Positions 1 through 10,044 of a DNA stretch of 30,838 nt are shown here, piece by piece. The first letter of the stretch is position 1. Each line of letters opens with the position of its first letter. The translations under genes and the position numbers were made by a program. Source of the stretch: Candidatus Cloacimonadota bacterium (GTDB taxonomy: Bacteria; Cloacimonadota; Cloacimonadia; Cloacimonadales; WRIO01); contig JAKQQL010000107.1 in NCBI GenBank assembly GCA_029564175.1, positions 1-30,838 of the forward strand. The letters run 5' to 3'. A model generated the notes under the pieces. It searched no databases. It had not been told where the DNA came from and saw nothing but the letters and a program-made list of their open reading frames with translations.

Positions 1-1
1 A

Positions 2-1066
2 AAACATCCTAAGCAGGAAAATGTATATGAACTCTCTGTAACAGATGTTCAGCCGATACAGATTGCACAGGATTATCCAATCGCCAAAAAAGAACACGGT
101 CCTGATTTCCTGTTGGCAAACAGACATTTATGGCTTCGTTCTGCTAAACAATGGTCCATCATGAGGGTTCGGCATACGGTTTATTTTGCAATCTGCGAAT
201 ACCTCAATCAAAACAGCTTTCACCGCTTTGATTCTCCAATTCTGACACCAAATGCCTGCGAAGGAACCACAACTCTATTTGAAGTGCCTTACTTTGATGA
301 AGGAATGGCTTACTTATCACAGTCTGGTCAATTATATCTGGAAACCGGTATCATGAGTTTGGGAAGAGTTTATGACTTTGGCCCGGTGTTCAGAGCAGAA
401 AAATCAAAGACCCGTAAACACCTGACTGAATTCTGGATGATGGATGCAGAAGCTGCATTTGTAGAGCATGCTGAAAACATGGATATTCAAGAAGGACTGA
501 TTCGTTTTGTTATCAATACAGTCATTGAAAAGAATGCCAAAGACCTTGAAATACTGGAAAGAGATATTAAACAGCTCAAAAAAGCCGATGCGCCGTTCAA
601 ACGAATGACCCATTACGATGCAGTTGAATATCTACGCACCAAAGGATCAGAAATCACCCATGGTGACGATCTGGGTGCTCAGGATGAAGCAATGCTGACA
701 GAAGGATCTGATGTACCTGTATTTGTGGAAAAATGGCCTAAAGGAATTAAAGCCTTTTATATGAAAAGAGATCCTGAAAATCCAGAAGTTGTTCTCGGTG
801 CTGATTTGATTGCACCGGAAGGATTTGGTGAAATTATTGGTGGTTCTCAGAGAGAGGACGATTATGAATTACTCAAATCCAGAATGGAACATGAAGAAAT
901 GGATATGGAAGCCTATGAATGGTATCTCGATCTGAGAAAATACGGATCTGTACCTCATAGCGGTTTTGGTATCGGACTCGAACGTCTGGTAACCTGGATG
1001 ACCGGCACAAAACATATCCGTGAAACCATCCCGTTCCCACGTATGATCTACCGTATTTATCCATAA
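2..1066 (+). CDS. asnS: Asparagine--tRNA ligase (5'-truncated by the window edge)
   Basis: Frame is open from base 2 (KHPKQENVYEL...DYPIAKKEHGPDFLLANRHLWLRS). Class II aaRS motifs YLSQSGQLY, FRAEKSKTRKHLTEFWM, GEIIGGSQRE and WYLDLRKYGSVPHSGFGIGLER are present. Confidence 0.93.
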   Translation, partial: KHPKQENVYELSVTDVQPIQIAQDYPIAKKEHGPDFLLANRHLWLRSAKQWSIMRVRHTVYFAICEYLNQNSFHRFDSPILTPNACEGTTTLFEVPYFDEGMAYLSQSGQLYLETGIMSLGRVYDFGPVFRAEKSKTRKHLTEFWMMDAEAAFVEHAENMDIQEGLIRFVINTVIEKNAKDLEILERDIKQLKKADAPFKRMTHYDAVEYLRTKGSEITHGDDLGAQDEAMLTEGSDVPVFVEKWPKGIKAFYMKRDPENPEVVLGADLIAPEGFGEIIGGSQREDDYELLKSRMEHEEMDMEAYEWYLDLRKYGSVPHSGFGIGLERLVTWMTGTKHIRETIPFPRMIYRIYP

Positions 1067-1102
1067 AAATCTTTTATTGTACATATTCCCCTTAAAATGA
1101 TT

Positions 1103-1211
1103 AGAGACGCCCAAATTGGGCGTCTGCATGGGGGATTTTTCTACAAGCAAGATACTTCCGTACTGCAAGCATCCTGCTTGCAGAAGAATACAAACAAGAT
1201 GCTTGCATTAC
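1103..1211. repeat. REP-like palindrome cluster
   Basis: Perfect hairpin AGACGCCCAA-A-TTGGGCGTCT (1105-1125). GTACTGCAAGCATCCTGCTTGCA on + (1160-1182), with inverted relatives at 1144-1163 and 1191-1211 (rc GTAATGCAAGCATCTTGTTTG). Confidence 0.75.
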
Positions 1212-1232
1212 AGAAAAGGAGTCTGACTCTTA

Positions 1233-3641
1233 ATGCCTGATTTAAACAAGATTTCTGTTTCTGTTGGTCAATTGGTTGAATTTGTTTATCAAAAAGGAAA
1301 TCTGGCAGTCTCTTTTCAAAGTTATACCAGACGTATGAATGGCATCATCGGTCATCAGATTGTTCAGAAAAGCAGAGACAAAAATTATCAGGCAGAAGTT
1401 ACAATCAAGTATCAACATATCATTCCTCCTCTTGAAATTGAAATCAATGGACGTATTGATGGTATACTGACTGAAGACGATAAAATCACACTGGAAGAAA
1501 TCAAAACACTCAGTAGTATTACAAAAAATGACCCTGAGTTTGAGATTATTTTTTTTCAGTGCCTGGTTGAATATCAGGATGCCTTGCCACTTATGGAAGG
1601 CAAAAATCCCATGCATTGGGCACAGGCTCTTATCTATGCCTATATCTGGTGTAAACAAAATAATCTGTCCCATATACATGTTCAGCTAACTTATTATGTG
1701 AATGAAAAAGGAAAAGAGTATCATTTTCCTGCTGATTTCTCACTGGTTTGGCTGGAAACGTTCTTTCTGGATACGATTGATAAATGGCTAAGTTGGGCAC
1801 TTAAAATCAGTGAATGGAAAACCCTTAGAGACTTTAGCCTAAACTCACTGAACTTCCCTTTTGAGTTTCGGCAGGAACAGAGAAAAATGGCAGTAGCCGT
1901 TTACAAAGCAATTGAAAATAAAGAAATCCTTTTTGCACGAGCACCAACCGGAACCGGTAAAACCTTAGCAAGTCTCTTTCCTGCAGTTAAAGCTCTTGCT
2001 GAAAAGAAACTCGATAAAATATTTTATCTGACAGCCAAAACCGTAGGCAGAACAGTTGCCCTGAATTCCATGCGTCTGCTCATTAAAAACGGTGCAAAAC
2101 TAAAATATCTGATTTTAACAGCCAAAGAAAAAGTTTGTTATCAGGAATTCCCTCTGTGTGAAGCGGACTATTGTATTTATGCCTTTGAGTTTTATGAAAA
2201 AGCCAGGGCAGCTTTGCCTGAGATATTCATGTATGATGAATGGAATTCAGAACTGATTCAGGAATATTCACTTAAATATGAAATATGCCCTTTTGAACTC
2301 TCTCTATTGCTGGCAATTTATGCGGATGTGGTGATTTGTGATTATAACTATGTCTTTGATCCGCGGGTTATGATTAAAAGGTTTTTTGAAGAAGTAACGG
2401 AGAAATACTGTTTTCTGGTAGATGAAGCACATAATCTGCCTGACCGTTCAAGAGAGATGTATTCAGGCAACCTGACTCTTGAGATCCTGAATCTGCCAGT
2501 TCCGTTCGTTAAAGGAAACATCTCTGTACTTGCCAGAAAAATTACTTCATTCAGGGATCATTTTTTAGAGATTACCAATCAGTATCAACAAAGAGAAATA
2601 TTACTTGAAAAACTACCCACATCGATCATTGAAGGAATTAAAGACATTATGCAGATGCTGGAATTTTGGATTCCATTTCAAAAGCCTTCCAAGATGAAGT
2701 TTATTATAACAAAATACTATTTTCAACTATATTTCTATCTGATGATCTACGAATACTACGGAGATAACTATAAAACGCTGATTTTAAAAAATAATCAGGA
2801 GATTACTTTAAAATTATTCTGTATGAATGCTTCAGAATATTTGAAAGAGTGTTTTCATAAATCTGTTGCTTCCGCTGTATTTTCTGCCACACTGATACCT
2901 CTGGATTATTTTGAAGAAATGATTTCAGGTCACAATCCGAGAAATAATCATATTATGCTGAAATCCCCATTTGACCACAGAAACTGCGCCGGAGCCATTT
3001 ATAACGCTATCTCAACCGAATATCAGTTCAGGGAAGAATCTTATCAAAAAATAGCCGATTTGATTATTGATATCTGCCTTTTGAAAAAAGGCAACTACAT
3101 CGTTTATTTCCCTTCTTTTGACTACCTGAACCAGGTTATCAGAAGAATGGATATCAAAGAAAAAGAGATTCGAATCATTACTCAGGAACGAACCATGAAC
3201 GAATCAGAGCGTTCAGACTTCATTAGTCATTTTAAAGAAGAAAATTCCTTCACTTTAATCGCTTTAGCCGTAACAGGAGGCATTTTTGGAGAAGGGATAG
3301 ATCTGAGCGGAGATAAACTGATCGGGACTATAATCATCGGGGTTGGTCTGTCTTATATGAATCTACAAAAAGAACTGATTAAAAGTTATTTCCGGCTTCA
3401 GGGAAGAAGCGGGTATAATTATGCCTACCGTTATCCGGCATTTAATAAAGTAATGCAGGCAGGTGGCAGAGTTATTCGTAGTGAAAATGACAAAGGGATT
3501 GTCGTTTTGGTCGATCACAGATTTATGGATAAGCAATACAAACGGATATTTCCGGGAGAGTGGCAACACTTTCATCATTACTCAACTACTTCTAAATTAT
3601 TGAGTTACATCAGCAGATTCTGGAATAATAAAAAAAGTTAA
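1233..3641 (+). CDS. ATP-dependent DNA helicase, DinG/XPD (Rad3) family, with N-terminal PD-(D/E)XK (Cas4/RecB-like) nuclease domain and Fe-S cluster
   Basis: GRIDG...EEIKT...HWAQ nuclease motifs; Q-motif FRQEQ; Walker A APTGTGKT; four Cys (KVC..LC..YC..ICPFE); DYNYVFDP; DEAHNL; FSATL; EGIDL; QAGGRVIRSEND. Confidence 0.9.
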   Translation: MPDLNKISVSVGQLVEFVYQKGNLAVSFQSYTRRMNGIIGHQIVQKSRDKNYQAEVTIKYQHIIPPLEIEINGRIDGILTEDDKITLEEIKTLSSITKNDPEFEIIFFQCLVEYQDALPLMEGKNPMHWAQALIYAYIWCKQNNLSHIHVQLTYYVNEKGKEYHFPADFSLVWLETFFLDTIDKWLSWALKISEWKTLRDFSLNSLNFPFEFRQEQRKMAVAVYKAIENKEILFARAPTGTGKTLASLFPAVKALAEKKLDKIFYLTAKTVGRTVALNSMRLLIKNGAKLKYLILTAKEKVCYQEFPLCEADYCIYAFEFYEKARAALPEIFMYDEWNSELIQEYSLKYEICPFELSLLLAIYADVVICDYNYVFDPRVMIKRFFEEVTEKYCFLVDEAHNLPDRSREMYSGNLTLEILNLPVPFVKGNISVLARKITSFRDHFLEITNQYQQREILLEKLPTSIIEGIKDIMQMLEFWIPFQKPSKMKFIITKYYFQLYFYLMIYEYYGDNYKTLILKNNQEITLKLFCMNASEYLKECFHKSVASAVFSATLIPLDYFEEMISGHNPRNNHIMLKSPFDHRNCAGAIYNAISTEYQFREESYQKIADLIIDICLLKKGNYIVYFPSFDYLNQVIRRMDIKEKEIRIITQERTMNESERSDFISHFKEENSFTLIALAVTGGIFGEGIDLSGDKLIGTIIIGVGLSYMNLQKELIKSYFRLQGRSGYNYAYRYPAFNKVMQAGGRVIRSENDKGIVVLVDHRFMDKQYKRIFPGEWQHFHHYSTTSKLLSYISRFWNNKKS

Positions 3642-3649
3642 AATTTTCC

Positions 3650-3678
3650 TTGATTAAAAAAGCGTTTTTCTGTATAAG
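3650..3678 (+). promoter_or_regulatory. Putative sigma70 promoter of the HDOD/hybrid kinase genes
   Basis: TTGATT-17 bp-TATAAG, 36 bp before the ATG at 3715. Confidence 0.55.
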
Positions 3679-3714
3679 AGTAATAATTATCGAAGTTCAT
3701 AAAATGGGGAAATC

Positions 3715-4584
3715 ATGAATCAAAAGCAGATGAGTTTAAATGAGTTGAAGCAAGCCATTCATAATTCTGAGTTAGCATCGATAAAAACTGTTTTATTAGA
3801 GCTAATCAGATTAATAAATGATCCATCTTCCTCTGCAAAACAACTCAAAGATGTGGTTGAGATAGATCCCCCATTATCTACGAGAATACTAAAACTGGCA
3901 AATTCAGCCTATTATGGGATGGCGAGACGAATTACTGATATTCAGGAAGCGATTATCTGGATTGGATTTGATACGGTTAAGCATATTGCCCTAAGTATGA
4001 AGGCATTAGAACTTTTTATGGGAAATGAACTGGATATTTTTTTCAGCAGGAGCAATTTATGGAAATTCAGTGTTGCCTCTGCACTTGCCGGAAAATTAAT
4101 ATACCGCCGTGAGTTTAAAGAGTTAGGCAATGATATTTATGCATTAGCTTTACTTCATAATATCGGACTTATTATGCTGGAACAATTTCAACCTGAAATC
4201 TTTAAAAAAAATCTGATGAACTTCAAATCAGGGACTAAGAATCTGAATGAGGTAGAACAGAATGCACTTGGTTTTGATCATGCGCTTCTGGCTTCTGAAG
4301 TAATGAGAGAATGGGATTTTAATGAAAAACTGTATCTTCCCGTCAGATTTCACCATCAGCCCCTGCTTGCCCCTCGCCATATTCGCAAGGAAGCGACAGT
4401 ATTATATTTGATCGATCAGTTATGCACACAGAAAGAATATGGATTTTCTGATTTGGCTAATACCAACCAGTTCACTTACAAATCATCTCTGAAACTATAT
4501 GATTTGGAAGAATTGGCGTTGGAAAGCATAATGGAATCTGTTCATGAAGACTTAACCCGAATGGAACAACTTGGTTGGTTTTAA
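3715..4584 (+). CDS. HDOD domain signalling protein (paralog 1)
   Basis: DPPLSTRILKLANSAYYG, AIIWIGF, LLHNIG, GFDHALL, W..., HHQP; C-terminus ends LGWF. Confidence 0.88.
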   Translation: MNQKQMSLNELKQAIHNSELASIKTVLLELIRLINDPSSSAKQLKDVVEIDPPLSTRILKLANSAYYGMARRITDIQEAIIWIGFDTVKHIALSMKALELFMGNELDIFFSRSNLWKFSVASALAGKLIYRREFKELGNDIYALALLHNIGLIMLEQFQPEIFKKNLMNFKSGTKNLNEVEQNALGFDHALLASEVMREWDFNEKLYLPVRFHHQPLLAPRHIRKEATVLYLIDQLCTQKEYGFSDLANTNQFTYKSSLKLYDLEELALESIMESVHEDLTRMEQLGWF

Positions 4585-4636
4585 AGCATCTCATTAATAA
4601 GCAGTAGTTTATTAAAATAATGGAGACGGAGCGGGA

Positions 4637-6376
4637 ATGATTAATTACAAATCTAATGATTTAAGCCTGGTCGAACAGGAAAATGATATATTAAAAACAA
4701 AACTCAGGCAGCTTCAAAATGAATTAAAAATGACTCAGCTTGAATTTAATGAAACAAACCAGAAATATCTGGAAATCGTTAATCAACTGGAGCAAAAAGT
4801 AATAAAGAAAAATGAGCAGTTGTATCATTCTCAGGAGTTAATTAAACAAAAAAATGATGAACTTCAGATGATGCTGGACTATGCACCGGCACTCATTTTT
4901 TTTAAGTCTGCAGAATTAGTTTATAATCAGGTCAACCATAAGTTTCTCAGTTTTTTTAAAATATCACCCAGTGACATTATAAACAAGAAGAATACTGATT
5001 TACCGGACCATCTGAAACTATTCAGTGAAACACACGACCGACAGGTATTGCAACAAAAAAAAGCATTATACCAGATGATAGAATGTGTTCAGATAAACGA
5101 TGATACCTACTATTTTTCGGTAGATAGAGTGCCCATTGCTGACAGTAAAGGAAATGTGCCTGGACTGATATGTTTTGCAAAAGATGTAACTGAAATTAAT
5201 GCCATTGAGCAGGAAAAGAGTTTGTTACAATCACAGTTAAGACAGGCACAGAAAATTGAGTCTTTAGGTACACTTGCCAGTGGTATCGCCCATGATTTTA
5301 ACAATATTCTGGCAGCGATTATCGGATACGCTGAGATGGCTTCGAACATTGAAGGAGATGATTTTTCAAAAAAGAAATATATGGATGAAGTTTTAAAAGC
5401 CAGCTTAAGAGCAAAAGAATTGATCAGACAAATCCTTACATTTAGCCGTAAAACAGAAACCAGTTTTAAACCGGTTGATTTAGTTGCTGTGATTGAAGAA
5501 GTAAACAATTTTTTAAGACCAACACTTCCCTCATCAATTGATTTAGTTTTTAACAATAACAGTGATCATGCAGTAATTCTGGGAGATCATACTCAAATCC
5601 ATCAGGTGTTCATGAATCTATGCACCAACGCTTATCAGTCTATGAAATCTAAAAAAGGGAAACTGATAATTGATATTATTAAAACAAAAATTAAAGAAGA
5701 TGATAGTTTAACTACATTGAGTCCTGGACATTATTATAAGATCAGTATTAAAGATAATGGTGTGGGTATTAACCCTGATAATCTGGATAAAATATTTGAA
5801 CCATATTTTACAACGAAAAAATCAGGAGAAGGTACAGGATTGGGTCTTTCAGTAGTTCTTGGAATCGTCAATACTCACAAGGGAACTATTCGAGTTAAAA
5901 GTGAATTGGATAAGGGTCCTGAATTTTCAGTATATTTGCCAAAACTTGAATTTCATGAGCTTGATAAATGCTCAGTTCCTGTAAATTATATAAAAGGTAA
6001 TCAAAAAATTCTACTGGTTGATGATGAAAAATCAATTGCGTCATTAATTACAGAATTTCTATGTTATCTGGGTTATACTGTTGTATCAACCAGTGATAGT
6101 CAGGAAGCATGGGATTTGTTTCAGGATGCTCCAGATTCATATCATTTACTCATGACAGACATGACAATGCCAAAAATGACAGGAATTGAACTGATTGAGA
6201 AGGTCAGAATTCTCAGACCTGAAATCCCTGTCGTTTTATCATCTGGTTATCAGGAAACTATAGAAGAAGAACGCATCAATGATTTGAAGAATTTAAAAAT
6301 TCTTCAAAAACCCTATGAACTTTACCATATATCCTCATTGCTTAATGAAATTTTTCAATCTGTCCTTTCAGAGTAG
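4637..6376 (+). CDS. Cytoplasmic hybrid sensor histidine kinase (coiled coil-PAS-HisKA-HATPase-REC)
   Basis: PAS (APALIFFK...VN..F...KDVTE); H-box GIAHDFNNIL; N-box MNLCTNA; DNGVGI; IFEPYFTTK; GTGLGL; REC LLVDDE...DMTMPKMTG...KPY. Confidence 0.92.
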   Translation: MINYKSNDLSLVEQENDILKTKLRQLQNELKMTQLEFNETNQKYLEIVNQLEQKVIKKNEQLYHSQELIKQKNDELQMMLDYAPALIFFKSAELVYNQVNHKFLSFFKISPSDIINKKNTDLPDHLKLFSETHDRQVLQQKKALYQMIECVQINDDTYYFSVDRVPIADSKGNVPGLICFAKDVTEINAIEQEKSLLQSQLRQAQKIESLGTLASGIAHDFNNILAAIIGYAEMASNIEGDDFSKKKYMDEVLKASLRAKELIRQILTFSRKTETSFKPVDLVAVIEEVNNFLRPTLPSSIDLVFNNNSDHAVILGDHTQIHQVFMNLCTNAYQSMKSKKGKLIIDIIKTKIKEDDSLTTLSPGHYYKISIKDNGVGINPDNLDKIFEPYFTTKKSGEGTGLGLSVVLGIVNTHKGTIRVKSELDKGPEFSVYLPKLEFHELDKCSVPVNYIKGNQKILLVDDEKSIASLITEFLCYLGYTVVSTSDSQEAWDLFQDAPDSYHLLMTDMTMPKMTGIELIEKVRILRPEIPVVLSSGYQETIEEERINDLKNLKILQKPYELYHISSLLNEIFQSVLSE

Positions 6377-6455
6377 GCTTTATTAGCATGATATATAAGT
6401 TTTTTATAAATCTGGAAGTTTGTAATACAACAATTTAACAAGTTTGGGAGTAATT

Positions 6456-7253
6456 ATGATTTATAACCGACCTCAAAAGATAGCAGAAATATTAGTTGAA
6501 AAAATTGGTGTTAAAAAGAGCAAACTCTCAGTTAATTATCTGATTCTGATGGGATTTTTAGCCGGTGTATATATTGCAATGGGTGCTCAACTTGCTACAA
6601 AAGTATTGGCATATGTCTCTGATCCTGGTATTGGAATGCTACTGAGCGGATCTGTGTTTAGTGTTGGATTGATGCTGATTGTGATTGCTGGAGGAGAACT
6701 TTTTACCGGCAATTCTTTGATATTAATGTCTGTTCTGGCTGGAAAAGTCTCTGTTAAAAGCATGTTAAAAAACTGGTCTATTGTTTATCTGGCTAATTTG
6801 ATTGGATCCATATTTATGGTTTTTATGATGATAAAATCTGGCTTACTTCATCATAATGGGGCTTTGAATCCTGCTGGAGATAAAGCAGTTAATATTGCTT
6901 TTATAAAAACCCATCTGTCCTTTTTTCAGATTTTTATACGTTCAATTCTTTGTAACTGGCTGGTTTGTCTTGCCGTTTGGTTTTCTCTTGCCGCTCATGA
7001 TATTTCTGGAAAAATTCTGGGGATATTTTTCCCAATTATGATGTTTATTGCTTCGGGGTTTGAACATTGTATTGCCAACATGTATCTTATCCCGATTGGT
7101 ATGTTATTGAACACGAATCCTTCTGTCAATATTCCAATAAGTGGGTTGATGAAAAATTTAACTGTTGCGACCATTGGAAACATTATTGGGGGAGCTTTTT
7201 TTGTTGCAAGCTTATATTATTATACTTATTATCAACATCGTGAGAAGATGTAA
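6456..7253 (+). CDS. Formate/nitrite transporter (FNT) family channel
   Basis: LAGVYIAMG, GGELFTGN, CNWLVCLAVW, FEHCIANMY, GNIIGG; six hydrophobic segments. ATG at 6456 follows GGGAG. Confidence 0.92.
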   Translation: MIYNRPQKIAEILVEKIGVKKSKLSVNYLILMGFLAGVYIAMGAQLATKVLAYVSDPGIGMLLSGSVFSVGLMLIVIAGGELFTGNSLILMSVLAGKVSVKSMLKNWSIVYLANLIGSIFMVFMMIKSGLLHHNGALNPAGDKAVNIAFIKTHLSFFQIFIRSILCNWLVCLAVWFSLAAHDISGKILGIFFPIMMFIASGFEHCIANMYLIPIGMLLNTNPSVNIPISGLMKNLTVATIGNIIGGAFFVASLYYYTYYQHREKM

Positions 7254-7300
7254 AAGAGCAAATTGATTTGTTCATTTAAGATAATATAACAGAGGTTTTT

Positions 7301-8947
7301 ATGATTAGTTTCATGGATAAACAAAGCAGAGATGCACTTCAGATCAATTATATACTTGCTAAGATTCAAACTTTTTCAGAACCAGGCGCAAGGTTACATA
7401 AAAACTTTAAACCTTTTAGAAAAAATCAAAAATATGAATTGCTATCATATTATGAAAAGGTGCAAACATTGATGACTGCCATCAGCAAATATCCGGATCT
7501 AATAACAACTCTAGGGTCCTATTTGCATTATTTTCAATGGATTTTAAAATCAATTGAAGATAGTTCTGAATGTCTTTTAAAAGATGATTATGCACTAGAA
7601 ATACATGAAATTTTTGAAATTAAACATTTCCTGTACTATTATCAAAAAACTGTTCAGTATTTAAAAAAAAGAAATCTAATAACTGTTATTCCCCTGTATG
7701 ATTTTTCAGACCTTTTTGATTATCTGGATAAAGAAAAGCAAAATACGCCTTCTTTCTATCTGAGTCCTTCCTATTCTGCAGAGCTTGAAGCGGTTTATTC
7801 AAAGATTAAGCAGTTAAAACAATTGATTGAAAATGAATATTCTCAGCTCAAAAAGCAATTAATCAAGGAATTCAATCTTTATGAATTTAATGATAAACTA
7901 ACTGTATCCAGATTAAAGACAGACATGATTCAAAAGTTGAATCAATCGGCTTTATTGACAGTTGAATACGAGAATTTTGCCAATATTACTTATGTTTTGA
8001 AAAAATCGGATGTGATTCTGAGCGCTGAACAGGATATCTCTGATCTGAATGAATCTTTATTTGTGGAAGAGAAAAAAGTTAGAATGATGATCTCCCAAAA
8101 AATAGGCTCTGAGTCAAAAGAACTACTTCTCGCTTTTCACAGTATTGCAGCACTTGATCTTCTTTTAGCAAAAGCGATTTTCGCCAATAATCATCAATGT
8201 GTTATACCGCATATTGCTGACCAGCCCATTATTTATGCCAAACAGCTCAAAAATATGGTCTTAAAGGACGAACTGGATGCAATCGGACTACATTATCAAC
8301 CGGTTGATATTCATTTCAAACAAGTTGTTACGGTTTTAACGGGTGCTAATATGGCAGGGAAAACCTCTATTCTAAAAGGGATAGGACAAGCTTTTGTATT
8401 GTTAGTTCAAGGAATCCCCCTTCCTGCAGATAAAGCGACACTTTTTATCCCTGATTTTATATGTTATTCAGGACCGTTAACTCAGGAACACAGAGCCGAT
8501 CTTAGCAGTTTTGCACTTGAAGTGGTTGAACTTCAGAATATGATCGACAAAAAAGGTTATGGACTAATCCTAATGGATGAATTTGCCAGAGGTACTAATC
8601 CGGAAGAAGGCACTGCTTTGTCAAAAGCAGTCATTCATTTTTTTTCAGAGAACTTAAAATCTCATTTTATAACTGCTACTCATTTTAATCCACCGGAGGT
8701 TTCAAAGAATACAGAGCATTTCAGACTATTAGGAATATCTGAAGCAGATTTTAAAAGTCTGAGAAGTAAAGATAAAGTATGGTTGAAGAATAACTTAAAT
8801 GAAATTCATAGTCATTTTAATTATCAGATGATACCTGTTGAAATTGGCAGCCAACCACCAAAAGCCGCTTTTATGATTGCAGAACTCCTGGGATTAGATA
8901 ATCAAATTTTAGATACCGCCAGGTGTATATTAAAAAATGAAAAATGA
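7301..8947 (+). CDS. MutS domain V (ATPase)-only protein, KamC-like (putative aminomutase reactivase ATPase)
   Basis: C-terminal MutS ATPase motifs LTGANMAGKT, LSSFALEV, LMDEFARGTNPEEG, ITATHF. At 548 aa it has no recognisable mismatch-binding N-terminus and no Smr domain. Confidence 0.7.
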   Translation: MISFMDKQSRDALQINYILAKIQTFSEPGARLHKNFKPFRKNQKYELLSYYEKVQTLMTAISKYPDLITTLGSYLHYFQWILKSIEDSSECLLKDDYALEIHEIFEIKHFLYYYQKTVQYLKKRNLITVIPLYDFSDLFDYLDKEKQNTPSFYLSPSYSAELEAVYSKIKQLKQLIENEYSQLKKQLIKEFNLYEFNDKLTVSRLKTDMIQKLNQSALLTVEYENFANITYVLKKSDVILSAEQDISDLNESLFVEEKKVRMMISQKIGSESKELLLAFHSIAALDLLLAKAIFANNHQCVIPHIADQPIIYAKQLKNMVLKDELDAIGLHYQPVDIHFKQVVTVLTGANMAGKTSILKGIGQAFVLLVQGIPLPADKATLFIPDFICYSGPLTQEHRADLSSFALEVVELQNMIDKKGYGLILMDEFARGTNPEEGTALSKAVIHFFSENLKSHFITATHFNPPEVSKNTEHFRLLGISEADFKSLRSKDKVWLKNNLNEIHSHFNYQMIPVEIGSQPPKAAFMIAELLGLDNQILDTARCILKNEK

Positions 8948-9545
8948 TGTCATACTCGAAAAATTCAGAGTAATAAAAACTTTCAATTCAGAGGAATACT
9001 ATAACAGAGAACTGCTTATATATAAGCTTAATCTGCCATATATACCTGATATGCTTGAATATAACAGTAATCCCGAATCAGAGAAACAATGGATTATTTT
9101 ACACCGACTATACGGTCATAATCCTCAGCCAGGTTCTCTAGATGATTTCCAAAAAGCTCTTTATACACTGATTAGATTTCACAGAGATCTGAAAAACTTA
9201 AATCTTTCATTTTCTCATAATGATCCAAATCCGAAAAATTTCATCATTGAAGATGATAAATGCTATCTGTTTGACTTTTCTGATATCAGCCAGAGGGAAG
9301 CGGGATATGATATTCTTGCTTTTTTTCTGTTTACTGTAGATTTTTTGAATGAAGATTGTTTAAAGCAACTGATTGAATTTTATACTTCTCATTTTTCTTT
9401 TGATTATCGGATTTGTCTTGCTTTGTATGATAAAAGTATTTTAGAGTTTGATCAACGCAGAGCATTTTATAAAAATATTAAAACACTTACTAAGACTCAA
9501 CTTGATAAAAGAGAACTCATTCGTAAGATGATGATAAATAAGTGA
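8937..9545 (+). CDS. Aminoglycoside phosphotransferase/choline kinase-like small-molecule kinase
   Basis: RE helix-C motif, Brenner motif HNDPNPKN, DFS, YD. Start overlaps the upstream stop, suggesting translational coupling. Confidence 0.7.
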   Translation: MKNDVILEKFRVIKTFNSEEYYNRELLIYKLNLPYIPDMLEYNSNPESEKQWIILHRLYGHNPQPGSLDDFQKALYTLIRFHRDLKNLNLSFSHNDPNPKNFIIEDDKCYLFDFSDISQREAGYDILAFFLFTVDFLNEDCLKQLIEFYTSHFSFDYRICLALYDKSILEFDQRRAFYKNIKTLTKTQLDKRELIRKMMINK

Positions 9546-9550
9546 GGTGA

Positions 9551-9925
9551 ATGATGTTTATAAAAAAATTATCCGATTGTCCAACGATAACAGCGGGGGA
9601 TAATACTGCATTAAAAGTGATTATACACCCAGATCATGATCCTCTAGATATTTCATACAGCTTTGCACATGCAATTGTAAAGCCAGGTGAAACCAGTTAT
9701 GAACACCTGCTTACTACTTCTGAAACATATTATATACTTCAGGGATCTGGTGTCATGCATATAAATGATGAACATTCTGATGTAAATGCAGAGGACTGTA
9801 TCTTTATTCCTTCAATGAGCCGTCAAAGTATCAGTAACACAGGTAATCATGATCTTATTTTTCTATGTATAGTTGAACCAGCATGGAAAGTGGAAAACGA
9901 AAAAGTGTTTTATAATAAAAGCTAA
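9551..9925 (+). CDS. Cupin domain protein
   Basis: KPGETSYEH...ETYYILQGSG...DCIFIP...ISNTG...FLCIV cupin pattern; GAGGTGA RBS. Confidence 0.85.
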   Translation: MMFIKKLSDCPTITAGDNTALKVIIHPDHDPLDISYSFAHAIVKPGETSYEHLLTTSETYYILQGSGVMHINDEHSDVNAEDCIFIPSMSRQSISNTGNHDLIFLCIVEPAWKVENEKVFYNKS

Positions 9926-9991
9926 AAAACATGACTTCTGATATAATTCATGAAGCCTCTGATGATCATCATAATCAGCAAAACATTTAAC

Positions 9992-10020
9992 TTGCCAAAT
10001 GCTTTATAATCTTGTATAGT
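9992..10020 (+). promoter_or_regulatory. Putative sigma70 promoter of HDOD paralog 2
   Basis: TTGCCA-17 bp-TATAGT, followed by a GAGGAG RBS and ATG at 10045. Confidence 0.55.
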
Positions 10021-10044
10021 GATTTTCAGAGGAGTAAAAACAGG

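Noticed and set aside
1233..3641. Type IV CRISPR CasDinG or Cas4 adaptation gene
   Set aside because: No cas operon or array; the context is housekeeping, downstream of asnS.
7301..8947. Canonical mutS or mutS2
   Set aside because: Too short, with no recognisable mismatch-recognition domain and no Smr domain.
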